Shown here one piece after another: positions 16,734 to 25,308 of a stretch of 36,935 bases of DNA. The stretch is from positions 1 through 36,935 of the IMG/VR virus record IMGVR_UViG_3300037479_000063, one strand, 5' to 3'. Below the pieces are notes generated by a model, which did not search any database, was not told where the DNA came from, and saw only the letters and a list, made by a program, of their open reading frames with translations. How positions within the stretch are numbered: the stretch's first letter is position 1; every line of letters starts with the position of its first letter. Source of the DNA: a virus. The position numbers and the translations under genes were made by a program.

Positions 16734-18058
16734 TATGGACTCCGAATGATGCTGCCGCTGCTGCCCGGCGCGTTCATGTCTCCGCTCGCGCCCGGCGTCC
16801 TGGCCTGGCCCCTCGCCGCCGGCGCGCACATCCGCCCGAGGGCGGCCACGGCGCGGGCAAACCCGTTACGTCCTGCCGCGAAGATCGTGCCCGTCGTCAG
16901 CGCGATTTGGATGGCCGCCGGCTCCAACCACGCGCCGACGAAATACAGTGCGGCCAGGTCGGGCTCGTCGTCGGACGGTGCTTCCACCCACGCCGACACC
17001 GGAGACTCTTCTACCGGTGGCTCTTCCACTGCCGGCGCGAAGAAGGCCAGCACCAGCGCATCGCCCTCCTCGCCGGCATCGGGCACATCCGCCCACAGGC
17101 TGGCCGGCGACTCTGCTTCACTCAGGGCCGCCGCATGCCACTGCGCCAGCAGCGAGTCGTCGTCGGCAGCGTCATCGGATTCGGCAACCGCCAGCCTGAA
17201 GATCGTCTCAGGCTCTTCCAGCGCGCCGAACTGGTAGAACGTCAGAGCCTGTCCGTCATCGTCATCATCGGGCAGGTCAGCCGCCAGAGAAACCGGCTGT
17301 TCCTCCGCCACCACATCGGCCTGCGCCGGAGTCCACGCCCAGCCAGTGATCGAGATGTCGTCATCCGCATCGAAGATCGGCGTGGCATCCACCACCCCAG
17401 CCGGCTCGTCGGCGGCCGGCTCCTCCGCCGGCCCATGCGCCCAATCGGCGGCCGCTTCAATGTCTTCGGCGGAGAGTTCAATCGCCGCCACCGCCGCCGG
17501 CAGTTCCTCGAGCGCGGGCAGCGCCACGTCCACCCACACCGGCGCGTCATCGTCATCCGCTACATCCGCTACCGCATCCGCTGCCGCCGCGCCGATCTGA
17601 TCTTCTTCGACGAGCGCAAACGCCCAGGTCGGCTCATCGCCTTCCAGCGCATCGGCCAGGTCCCAGGCCGGCCCGAATGCCGGCGACTCTTCCGCCGCCG
17701 GCTCATCGACGAGCGCAAACGCCCAGGTCGGCTCATCGCCTTCCAGCGCATCGGCCAGGTCCCAGGCCGGCCCGAATGCCGGCGACTCTTCCGCCGCCGG
17801 CTCATCGACGAGGAAATGAGTCCAGTCGGCGAGCTGCTCGATCTCCAACTCCTGATCGAACAGCGCCGCCGGCAGCGCCAGATCATCCGCCAGCGCCTCC
17901 CCTGCCCCGCCGACCCAGAATGCCAGCAGCGACGTGGGGCCGCCCTGCGCCGTGTCGCCGATCGGCAGCGGCGGCGACGGGTCGTGCGCACCGATAGCCG
18001 GTTGCCATTGACTCTGGCTCGGTAATCGCCCGCCCGCACCGCCGAAGATCAGCCGCAT
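16733..18058 (-). CDS. Highly acidic D/E/A/P/W-rich repeat protein (441 aa), function unknown
   Basis: ATG 18058. Contains an exact 33-aa tandem duplication, FALVDEPAAEESPAFGPAWDLADALEGDEPTWA twice. Many acidic-Trp motifs and almost no basic residues after the first 12 aa. Confidence 0.7.
   Translation of the reverse strand: MRLIFGGAGGRLPSQSQWQPAIGAHDPSPPLPIGDTAQGGPTSLLAFWVGGAGEALADDLALPAALFDQELEIEQLADWTHFLVDEPAAEESPAFGPAWDLADALEGDEPTWAFALVDEPAAEESPAFGPAWDLADALEGDEPTWAFALVEEDQIGAAAADAVADVADDDDAPVWVDVALPALEELPAAVAAIELSAEDIEAAADWAHGPAEEPAADEPAGVVDATPIFDADDDISITGWAWTPAQADVVAEEQPVSLAADLPDDDDDGQALTFYQFGALEEPETIFRLAVAESDDAADDDSLLAQWHAAALSEAESPASLWADVPDAGEEGDALVLAFFAPAVEEPPVEESPVSAWVEAPSDDEPDLAALYFVGAWLEPAAIQIALTTGTIFAAGRNGFARAVAALGRMCAPAARGQARTPGASGDMNAPGSSGSIIRSP
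17606..17803. repeat. Perfect 99-bp tandem duplication (2 copies, with a few further bases at 17804)
   Basis: tcgacgagcgcaaacgcccaggtcggctcatcgccttccagcgcatcggccaggtcccaggccggcccgaatgccggcgactcttccgccgccggctca appears at 17606 and again at 17705. In frame within the acidic protein gene. Confidence 0.95.
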
Positions 18059-18061
18059 GGC

Positions 18062-19087
18062 CTAACCTCGCACCGTAGTGAATGAGCCGTTGTACGTCGT
18101 GGCCGATGTAGAGGGCTTCGATACTTCCAGAAACGCCAGACAGGCATCGTCGAACACGCGCGCCAGGTTGAATGCGCTGTTGATCCCGTCGAACACACAC
18201 ACCAGATTGGCCACCGGGCACGGCATCCAGGCCAGCGGGTGCCCGATCACGAAGTCCACCGCTCCGGTGGCCACCGCCGCCGAGCACTGCATCTGGGTCA
18301 GCGTGCGGATGCCTCTATCGCCGCTCGCCAACGGCGCGAACCACTGGCTGGTCGGGTGATCTAGGCGGTTGACGATCGCGCCCGAGTTGCCCGTCAGCGA
18401 CGGCAACGTGGAGGCGTTGCCAGCCTCATCCGTGTACAGGCATGTCGTCCAATTGTGCGCGGTCGAGGCCAGCGCCGTGCCCACCTCGACGAACAAGAAA
18501 TTTCCCTCGGCGCTGTTCTCCTGCCCCTGCGTCGTGCTCTGATAGCGGCTAGGCGTGCCCGTCACCGCCTCGGTGGCCGTCGAGTTCATGGTCTTGGAAA
18601 CTGCAAAGAGTCGGTCGTAGAGCAGTAGCGTATTGCCCGCCACGCTCGCCAGCGGGAAACCACTCACCAGGTGCTGTGTATCGCCTGAGGCGGGATTGTC
18701 AAAATTGAAGGCCCCGGTGGTCGAATCTGTGGGCGCAGTGCCCCCCGGCGCGGCCGCGGCGGCCGCGCCCGCCACAGGCTGATTGCCCACCCGCCATAGG
18801 CTGTTGGTGCCCGCCGCCACTCCCGTCGTGCCGATCTTCTGAAACGGGAACTCGCGCCGCCCACCCTGTGTGGCGGACGCAATCAGGTCGCTGAGGTTGG
18901 CAAACGACCCGCCCCGGATCGCGCCAAAGAAATCTCCCTTGTAGGCATAGACCTTTCCCGGCACGTTCCCGATCGGGATGTGCCAGTAGAAGTCGCGCAT
19001 GGCCGCGCTCAGGGCCGTCACCTGATCGGCGCCCAGCCAGCGCTCCAGCCGGGCAGCGTGCGTTGAAGGCTTGCGTAACAGGTTCAT
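18062..19087 (-). CDS. Hypothetical protein (341 aa), structural candidate
   Basis: ATG 19087 overlaps the upstream stop (ATGA). A/G/T/S-rich and beta-rich. I recognise no motif. Confidence 0.65.
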   Translation of the reverse strand: MNLLRKPSTHAARLERWLGADQVTALSAAMRDFYWHIPIGNVPGKVYAYKGDFFGAIRGGSFANLSDLIASATQGGRREFPFQKIGTTGVAAGTNSLWRVGNQPVAGAAAAAAPGGTAPTDSTTGAFNFDNPASGDTQHLVSGFPLASVAGNTLLLYDRLFAVSKTMNSTATEAVTGTPSRYQSTTQGQENSAEGNFLFVEVGTALASTAHNWTTCLYTDEAGNASTLPSLTGNSGAIVNRLDHPTSQWFAPLASGDRGIRTLTQMQCSAAVATGAVDFVIGHPLAWMPCPVANLVCVFDGINSAFNLARVFDDACLAFLEVSKPSTSATTYNGSFTTVRG

Positions 19088-19626
19088 GAGGGATCGCTCT
19101 GCGTGATCGGATTGGCTCCGGCGGTGTTGGTCAGCTCGCTGGTCCAGGCGGTTGTCGTATCGTTCTCGGCATACACCGTCAGGCTGCCCGCGCTGATGTT
19201 CCAGCGGTTGCGCAGGAAGCGCAGCGCGTTGAGTACGCTGCGCCCCGCCTCACCGGTCAGGCCCGTCCAGTCCAGCTTGAGCAGGCCCATCCAGTTCCCC
19301 CTCTGGAACTCCATTGTGAAGTGGGCGATCACATAGCCCACCACGCTGTTGCCGCCCACTGTGCCGGCCGTGATCACCACCTGGTACTTCCGCCCGGCCT
19401 GGTAATTGCTATCGGCCGAGGTGTCGATGCGCACATGGTTGAGACCGGTGACAGAGTCGAAGTCCACCGTCAGCGTCACGCCGGCGGTGATCTGCGCGGT
19501 GTTGTTGTCGTAATAGACCGCCACCGCTGGCGATCCGGCCAGCTGCGTCGGGACGCCGCTCCCGTTCACCGTCGTGAACTTCAGGTCGATGAGATCATTC
19601 TTGGCGTAGTCGCCCAGTTGCGTCAT
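19084..19626 (-). CDS. Hypothetical protein (180 aa) with Ig-like N-terminal pattern
   Basis: ATG 19626 (ATGA overlap). DLIDLKFTTVNGSGVPTQLAG...YQAGRKYQVVITAGTVGG, then LDWTGLTGEAGRSVLNALRFLRNRWNISAGSLTVYAENDTT, a pattern I associate with phage fibre or virion accessory proteins. Confidence 0.65.
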   Translation of the reverse strand: MTQLGDYAKNDLIDLKFTTVNGSGVPTQLAGSPAVAVYYDNNTAQITAGVTLTVDFDSVTGLNHVRIDTSADSNYQAGRKYQVVITAGTVGGNSVVGYVIAHFTMEFQRGNWMGLLKLDWTGLTGEAGRSVLNALRFLRNRWNISAGSLTVYAENDTTTAWTSELTNTAGANPITQSDPS

Positions 19627-20294
19627 GCCTGCACCATCTGATTGCGCCTGCCGGCCAGCAGCATCCCCCAGCCCGACGCCGAGATCAAGTCATCAACGCT
19701 CAGGTTATCGACCCAGGCCGAACGGCTGGTCTCGCCGCCTTCGCAATACGCGCCCAGGCCCGGCACACCGCTCGTCAGCCGGCTCGCGTCAGTGTCGGAG
19801 TAAGTGAGTGTTGTGGTGGCCGCCACCTGAAACTCAAGATCCACCTGCGCGCCGGTTCCTGTCGCGCGCAACCGGAATGCTCGCGTTCCCGCGCCCGTCA
19901 GGCCGCGGTCTGCGCTGGCCAGCAAAATGCCCGATCCGGCCACGCGCCGATATAGAGTCACCTCGTTGGCCGATCCCATCTCCAGCCAGCCTTCGTAGTC
20001 GGTGTCGGCGCCGCTCGCCATCCGCACACACGCCAGCCCGGTCGAAAATCCGCTGCCGTTCGGCTGGGCGCTGTCGAGCGTGATCTCCTGATCTCCGTTC
20101 GGTACTGCCGCATCAATGATCCGTGCGCGGTGCTCGGCATTATCATTGGCCGCGCCTACGCGGTCGTCGGCGGCCACCACCAGCAGCATGCTGCCGCTGC
20201 CGGCGTTGTAGGCGTAGTCGGGGCTGCCCGATGGGTAAGCGTCGATATTGATGTCCGACGCCACCGTGAAGCTATCGGTGAAGACCACTGTCAT
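19623..20294 (-). CDS. Hypothetical protein (223 aa), lectin/jelly-roll-like composition
   Basis: ATG 20294 (ATGA overlap). Beta-rich, with FTDSFT...DAYP near the N-terminus and WVDNLSVDDL near the C-terminus, reminiscent of concanavalin-like folds. Weak call. Confidence 0.6.
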   Translation of the reverse strand: MTVVFTDSFTVASDINIDAYPSGSPDYAYNAGSGSMLLVVAADDRVGAANDNAEHRARIIDAAVPNGDQEITLDSAQPNGSGFSTGLACVRMASGADTDYEGWLEMGSANEVTLYRRVAGSGILLASADRGLTGAGTRAFRLRATGTGAQVDLEFQVAATTTLTYSDTDASRLTSGVPGLGAYCEGGETSRSAWVDNLSVDDLISASGWGMLLAGRRNQMVQA

Positions 20295-20695
20295 AGCCCG
20301 AAGCTCCGCGCCAGTTGATGCTGCCAGTCATCAGTTCGCCCGCCGCCCACCGGCTGCGCCGCCCGCTCGAAGAGTGTGCGCACCGTGTCATCCGCACGCA
20401 CCGGCACGTCCAGCGCGATCATATAGTCATCGATGACCGCGCGCAGACCCGCGCCGATGGTGGCTAGGCGCTGGTCCGCTTCGGACTCCGGCACTGCCAG
20501 CAGGCCCGGCTCGGCATTGAGCGCCACGACCTGCGCCGCGCTCGCCTCACAGACGCCCACGGCGCGCTCGCCGCCGATGATCCACGTCGCTGGGAAGCTG
20601 CCCGCCGGCCCGTTGCGCACCAGCTCGATTACCGGGATGCGATAGCCCGGCCGGCGCGGATGCGGCACGACCGCGCATACGAACAGCAGCCGCAT
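20291..20695 (-). CDS. Hypothetical protein (134 aa)
   Basis: ATG 20695 (TAATG overlap with the upstream gene). Confidence 0.6.
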   Translation of the reverse strand: MRLLFVCAVVPHPRRPGYRIPVIELVRNGPAGSFPATWIIGGERAVGVCEASAAQVVALNAEPGLLAVPESEADQRLATIGAGLRAVIDDYMIALDVPVRADDTVRTLFERAAQPVGGGRTDDWQHQLARSFGL

Positions 20696-21135
20696 TAGAA
20701 GTCTTCTTCGGTCTCGACCGTGATCGTCGCGTTGCCCGTGCCGATGCTGGGCCGGATGGAGATCTGCTCCGCGTTGCGGAACTCGAGCTCGTCGCCTCGG
20801 ATCGCCGCCCAGCGGTAGATCGAGCCGTTCTGGTTGAAGCCTAGCCGCACCGGTGTGCCGGTGTCCAGCGTCGGCTGCGCCGCCCAGGTCGTATTGGCCG
20901 TGACGGCCGCCGCCGGCGCATCGCTGCTCTTGCGCTGCGGAGTCAGTGCGCCGCCGCCCGTGGTGCCGCCCGTCGAGCGGCTGGCCACGATCTCCATCGC
21001 CTGGCCGGTCGTGCCCATGCCCTGAATCTCGATGCTCAGGATGCGCGCCCGCCGGTTGGCCGCGGCGATGAATGTGATCAAGTCGTTGGCTGTGTTCAAC
21101 GCAACGTTTGACCGTGAGTACGTGTACTTGCCCAT
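20695..21135 (-). CDS. Hypothetical protein (146 aa), beta-rich
   Basis: GAGGAG lies 6 nt upstream of ATG 21135. MGKYTYSRSNVALNTANDLITF...ITVETEEDF. Confidence 0.65.
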   Translation of the reverse strand: MGKYTYSRSNVALNTANDLITFIAAANRRARILSIEIQGMGTTGQAMEIVASRSTGGTTGGGALTPQRKSSDAPAAAVTANTTWAAQPTLDTGTPVRLGFNQNGSIYRWAAIRGDELEFRNAEQISIRPSIGTGNATITVETEEDF

Positions 21136-21168
21136 TGGGTTCTCCTCTGTGAATGACTCACGCGCCGG

Positions 21169-21384
21169 CTATTCCGCCGGCGCGGTGACCGACTTGCGCA
21201 TCTCCAGGCTGCACGCCCGGCAGTTGTGCGCGCGGGCCTCGGCGTTGTACGTGCCGGCCTCGATCTGCGCCACCACCTCAGCCTCGAACGACGCGCCGGC
21301 ATGGTAAGCCGCTCCGGCTACGTTCTTCGGCTTCTCAAATTCCGGGCAGCCCTTGTTCGTGCAGTGGAAGTAAACGGATTTCAT
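21169..21384 (-). CDS. Small zinc-ribbon-like protein (71 aa)
   Basis: ATG 21384 overlaps the terL stop (ATGA). Cys pairs C-x4-C (CTNKGC) and C-x2-C (CRAC). Confidence 0.6.
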   Translation of the reverse strand: MKSVYFHCTNKGCPEFEKPKNVAGAAYHAGASFEAEVVAQIEAGTYNAEARAHNCRACSLEMRKSVTAPAE

Positions 21385-22829
21385 TGCGGTTGTCCTTTCT
21401 GACTCTTCATCGCCTCCGCCCGTTGGCGGTAGTGCTTCATAATGCCCGCCGCCGGCGTGCGGCTCGCCGCCAGCGCCAGCGCGTAACTATCGGCCCGGTC
21501 ATCGTGCTGCCCCTCCGGCGCGCGCAACGTCGAGCCATCAATACTCGCCAGTTGCGTGTACGTCTCGAAGCTGTGCAGCACCGTCGCCCCATCGCGGAAG
21601 CTCTCCGCCGCTCCGTCGTAGAGCAGCGCCTTGCCCTTCGCGTTGCTCAACCAGCCGGGCTTGCCATCCCAGCCCGGCAAGAGAGTCAGCGGCGAATTGC
21701 CGCCCAGCCACAGCAGCACCGCGTGTCCATGATTGTTGCGTTCGCACATCACCGCCGCGTTGTTGTAGTGGCGGCCAATCGCGTCGGCGTGCGCGCCCAG
21801 CGTCGCCGGCTGGAACTTCCCCGCCAGCGCCGCCACTTCCTCGTCTGTTTCGGCGTCGAGCATGGTCAACGCGCTGTCGTCGCTGCCCGGGTTGCCCTCC
21901 GCCGGGTCTGCGCCAATCACATACGTGCGCCCCGGCTCGGGCGCTTTATAGATCTTCAGCCCGGCAATCGCCGGCACACCCTCGGGTGTGATCGCCGGGA
22001 CAACTTGATAGCACCGCTCCAGCCAGTCCGGGGCGATGCGCTTGTCCAGCGTGCGTGGGCTGAGCGCCTCCGTGTCGGTCGCCGGATACTGCTCATGCAG
22101 CTCATCCTCGCTGCCCGTGCGCGCCATGATCTCGCGCCGCAGCGCCGCATACCAGTCCGGAGTGCGACCCGGCCGGGAATGCCAGGGCAGGAAGACCGGC
22201 TCCCAGCCCGTTTGGCCGCTCCTGGCTGCCCGGTACACGCGCTTGAACTCGCTCTCCGGCTGGCCCTTGTCCGCGCGGCTGAGTAGCAGCAACTGCCCGC
22301 CGGCGTCAATCGTCGGTTTCACGGCCGCCAACAGCCGCCCGAGGTCGGGTACCAGGTCGGCCTCATCCACCACCGCCACCGTGCCCGTGTACGTGTCGCC
22401 GCCCGTCGTCGGGAAGGCCAGCGCCATCGAGCCGTTGCTCAACCGCCACTCATGCTTGCTGTCAGCCAGTTCGGCCTGCGCTTGCAGCCAGACCGGCAGC
22501 CGCCGATACATGCCTTTCAGCCGGAAGTCCAGCAGATGCACCGACTCATCGTCGCGCTTGCTGAATAGCAGCGCCGTCGCCGCCGGGCGAAAGACCATCA
22601 GCCACAGCACATAGCCCAGCAGCAGCCAGGTCAGCCCAAGCTGCCGGGCCTTCAACATAATGACCCACCGATTGTTAAGGATCGTGCGCAACGTGGCCGC
22701 CTGCGCCGGCCACAACTCGAATGCCAGCCAGGCCCGCGTCGTCGCGTCATACACCTGCCCGTAGCGGTCCAGAAAGTACAGCGGACTCTCCGCGCAGGTC
22801 AGCCACTCAAGTTCCTGTTCCGGCGTCAT
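21381..22829 (-). CDS. terL: Terminase large subunit
   Basis: 482 aa. N-terminal ATPase region with Walker-A-like KARQLGLT and Walker-B-like AVVDEAD. C-terminal nuclease-like half (YVIGADPAEG...). Preceded by an overlapping small-terminase-like gene. Confidence 0.9.
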   Translation of the reverse strand: MTPEQELEWLTCAESPLYFLDRYGQVYDATTRAWLAFELWPAQAATLRTILNNRWVIMLKARQLGLTWLLLGYVLWLMVFRPAATALLFSKRDDESVHLLDFRLKGMYRRLPVWLQAQAELADSKHEWRLSNGSMALAFPTTGGDTYTGTVAVVDEADLVPDLGRLLAAVKPTIDAGGQLLLLSRADKGQPESEFKRVYRAARSGQTGWEPVFLPWHSRPGRTPDWYAALRREIMARTGSEDELHEQYPATDTEALSPRTLDKRIAPDWLERCYQVVPAITPEGVPAIAGLKIYKAPEPGRTYVIGADPAEGNPGSDDSALTMLDAETDEEVAALAGKFQPATLGAHADAIGRHYNNAAVMCERNNHGHAVLLWLGGNSPLTLLPGWDGKPGWLSNAKGKALLYDGAAESFRDGATVLHSFETYTQLASIDGSTLRAPEGQHDDRADSYALALAASRTPAAGIMKHYRQRAEAMKSQKGQPQ

Positions 22830-23262
22830 TGGCCGCGAACCGTTGTTGCTCGTACTCCGCCGCGCGCTCGCGCGCCCGCGCCAGGTCGTCGCCGTTCACC
22901 TCGTGCAGCCGCAGCGTCTGCTCCGGCGCGCCCTCGGTGCGGTCGGCGATCACGCCCAGCGCCTCCAGGTCGCCATCGGCCGCGCGCAGGCTCACCGTCC
23001 AGCCGATGATCTGCCCGATTCTCGCCCCGCTATCGATGAGATCGAGCAGCGCCTGTTTCCTGTCCGGCGGCATCGGCTGGCTCATCGCCTCGCGCAGCAG
23101 GTCGCTCAGCTTAGGCCCCGGTTTGGCCCCGCTTGGGTTGCCGCTCTGCCCCGGCTTCCAGCGGTACGGGTTGCCCTTCCTAAACGACGTTGCATTTGGG
23201 CCGCGCTGCTTGCCGCTGCCAGCCCGCTGCTTGCCTGCGGCGCGCTTGCTGTCTGCGGACAT
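22807..23262 (-). CDS. terS: Terminase small subunit candidate
   Basis: 151 aa from ATG 23262 (TAATG overlap). Basic N-terminus with FRKGNPYRWKPGQSGNPSGAKPG, a motif common in phage small-terminase-like proteins. Its 3-prime end overlaps terL by 23 nt. Confidence 0.65.
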   Translation of the reverse strand: MSADSKRAAGKQRAGSGKQRGPNATSFRKGNPYRWKPGQSGNPSGAKPGPKLSDLLREAMSQPMPPDRKQALLDLIDSGARIGQIIGWTVSLRAADGDLEALGVIADRTEGAPEQTLRLHEVNGDDLARARERAAEYEQQRFAANDAGTGT

Positions 23263-23447
23263 TACCTGGCCACCTTCAGCCGCCAGTAACGCCGCTCGAG
23301 GCGCTGCGCGTGCGCCAGCGCCTGGCTGGCCGTCTTGAGCGGCGTGCGCAGCCGGATCGAGCCGCGCACAATCGGGAAGTACAGCTTGCGCCCGTGCTCC
23401 TTCCACTTCGCATAATTGGCTGTCGGGAGAAAAGAGTCGTCGACCAT
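23262..23447 (-). CDS. Small basic hypothetical protein (61 aa)
   Basis: ORF tightly packed between flanking genes. MVDDSFLPTANYAKWKEHGRKLYFPIVRG... Confidence 0.5.
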   Translation of the reverse strand: MVDDSFLPTANYAKWKEHGRKLYFPIVRGSIRLRTPLKTASQALAHAQRLERRYWRLKVAR

Positions 23448-23448
23448 A

Positions 23449-23679
23449 TCACTCCGCCGCCCAATGGCTCTCGAGCCGTTGTTTGAAAAACTCCGCCGCC
23501 GCCTTCAACTCGCGGTAGCGGTCGTGCCGGCGCTTCATCGCCACGCCGCCGCCGTACTGCTTGTAGACATTGTGGTCGAAGGCCATCTCCTGCGCCTGCG
23601 TGTCCAGCGCCTCGATGGCCAGTTGCAGCGCCTTCTGCTCCGAGATCGCAGTGGCAGCCGCCCTCTGCCTTCCGGTCAT
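23449..23679 (-). CDS. Small hypothetical protein (76 aa)
   Basis: ATG 23679 overlaps the upstream stop (ATGA). Helical composition. Confidence 0.55.
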   Translation of the reverse strand: MTGRQRAAATAISEQKALQLAIEALDTQAQEMAFDHNVYKQYGGGVAMKRRHDRYRELKAAAEFFKQRLESHWAAE

Positions 23680-24764
23680 GTCCCCGCCTGCATCCAGAAT
23701 GCCGGCGTGCGGTCGCGGCGCGTCAGCCGCCACCAGCCGTCGCGCATCTCGAACACATCGATCATCCACGTCACCCGCCGCTGCATCGCATAGCGTTGCC
23801 GGTCGGGCGCGAAGTACAGCGAAAACATCTTATTGTTGCCGTGGAAGCTGAACAGCGGCTCCTCGAACTGAGGCAGCGGGCGCGTGCCGGCCGTCGCCTG
23901 GCCGTGGGCGATCAACGGGGGGAGAAAATCTCGCTCGCCATCCACGTTGAACGGTTGCCAGTCGTGGTTGCCGCCGGTGCCGAAGGTATAAATCGCCGCG
24001 CATTCCACGCGCGGGTACGAGTGCAGCACCTGATCCCATTGAATGAGATCGAGCGCATACGCCGCCGCCGTCAGACCCGGGCGCGAGCGCCATGGCGGCA
24101 GGTCATAACCCGCTTCCGTGATCCAGATCGGAACGGGCATATTATGCTCGTTCTGCACTTCGATGAGTGTGTTGAGGGGATGCTCCCAGCCGGCCACCGA
24201 GTGATAGGCGTGGAGGTGCACGCGGCCACCGGTCTCGCGCAGCGCCCGCAGCACCGGCACGTAGACGCGCCAGGCCGCGCACTGCTGCTCACGGCTGCCG
24301 CTCGGGTTGCCCACCCCCATCCCACCGGCCATCGGCAGGAAGCCGGCCTGATGGATCTTCCAGATCTGATAGACCTCGAAGGCTGCACGCTGGCGCAGAT
24401 CATCCAGATCAGCCGGCTGCAGATCGTCGGGCACGCCGGGCAGGTTTTGTTTTTGGGTGTCCTCGTTCAAGCCGGTCGTCCAGAAGCGCACCTGCCGGTT
24501 GCCCGGATGCAGCACGTGCGGGGCCAGGTGAGTGAGCCAATACGTATCCGGGTCGTGCACATACGCCCGCCATTTGTTGTCGTGATGCGGGGCGCTGTCG
24601 CCGTTGAGGAAGACCCGGCCCGCAATCATCGGCTTCGGGGTCAGCTCGGCATAGGCCGCCGACTCTCCGTACGCGGCCACCAGGAACACACCCGGCGCCT
24701 TGCCCTCGCGGGTGAACTCGAACGCCGATTGGCTCTGCCCCATGTGGTGGGCGATAAGCTTCAT
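23676..24764 (-). CDS. Clan GH-A (TIM-barrel) glycoside hydrolase; lysin or depolymerase candidate
   Basis: 362 aa from ATG 24764 (ATGA overlap). TTGLNED (Asn-Glu acid/base type motif) and PIWITEAGYD (nucleophile-Glu type motif) are spaced about 135 aa apart, consistent with beta-4/beta-7 placement. Follows two membrane protein genes. Confidence 0.65.
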   Translation of the reverse strand: MKLIAHHMGQSQSAFEFTREGKAPGVFLVAAYGESAAYAELTPKPMIAGRVFLNGDSAPHHDNKWRAYVHDPDTYWLTHLAPHVLHPGNRQVRFWTTGLNEDTQKQNLPGVPDDLQPADLDDLRQRAAFEVYQIWKIHQAGFLPMAGGMGVGNPSGSREQQCAAWRVYVPVLRALRETGGRVHLHAYHSVAGWEHPLNTLIEVQNEHNMPVPIWITEAGYDLPPWRSRPGLTAAAYALDLIQWDQVLHSYPRVECAAIYTFGTGGNHDWQPFNVDGERDFLPPLIAHGQATAGTRPLPQFEEPLFSFHGNNKMFSLYFAPDRQRYAMQRRVTWMIDVFEMRDGWWRLTRRDRTPAFWMQAGT

Positions 24765-25300
24765 GTCAGCGTCCCCGTTCCCTCCGGCCTCCAGACCGGC
24801 TTCACGTTGAGATCTGTCTCCAACTGATTGATCAGCAGTCCAATTCCGGCGTTGAGTTTCAACCGCTGCTCGGTCAGGTAGTCGATGCGGCGCTGAGATT
24901 CGACCCACTTCAAGCGCAAATCGTCGCGTTCGGCTGTCAGGCGACGCTCGGCCGTTTCCAAGTCCTCGATGCGCCGCACATTGTTGCGCTGCGTCTGCTC
25001 CACCATCTGGCGCGCCCGGCGTTCATGCTCCAGTTCCCTGCTCAAGTTCTCGCGCGCCATGCGTTCGCTGATCAAGTCGGCCCGCACCTCCGCCAGCTCC
25101 GTGTCGCTCTCGTCGAGCCGGCGTCGGTACTCGGTCAAAATCTGCGTTGTGCTTTCCGTGGCGCTATTGAGAGCGGCGGCAATGTCCACCAGAGTCTGCG
25201 ACCGGGTGCGACGCGCCTGGATCCATGCGCCGCCCCACGCCGAGACCAGCGCGATCACAGAGATGAGGACGCCTTCGGGGATCGTCACCGGGATGCCCAC
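24761..25300 (-). CDS. N-terminally membrane-anchored coiled-coil protein (lysis accessory candidate)
   Basis: GTG 25300 (alternative GTG 25288). The TM segment VLISVIALVSAWGGAWI is followed by about 140 aa of E/R/L-rich heptads. Lies between the holin-like and hydrolase genes. Confidence 0.55.
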   Translation of the reverse strand: MGIPVTIPEGVLISVIALVSAWGGAWIQARRTRSQTLVDIAAALNSATESTTQILTEYRRRLDESDTELAEVRADLISERMARENLSRELEHERRARQMVEQTQRNNVRRIEDLETAERRLTAERDDLRLKWVESQRRIDYLTEQRLKLNAGIGLLINQLETDLNVKPVWRPEGTGTLT

Positions 25301-25308
25301 CCGACTCT

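Noticed and set aside
17606-17803. The 99-bp tandem repeat as a possible CRISPR array or satellite.
   Set aside because: There are only two contiguous identical copies with no spacers. They are in frame and translated as a 33-aa duplication inside a CDS. No cas genes are present.
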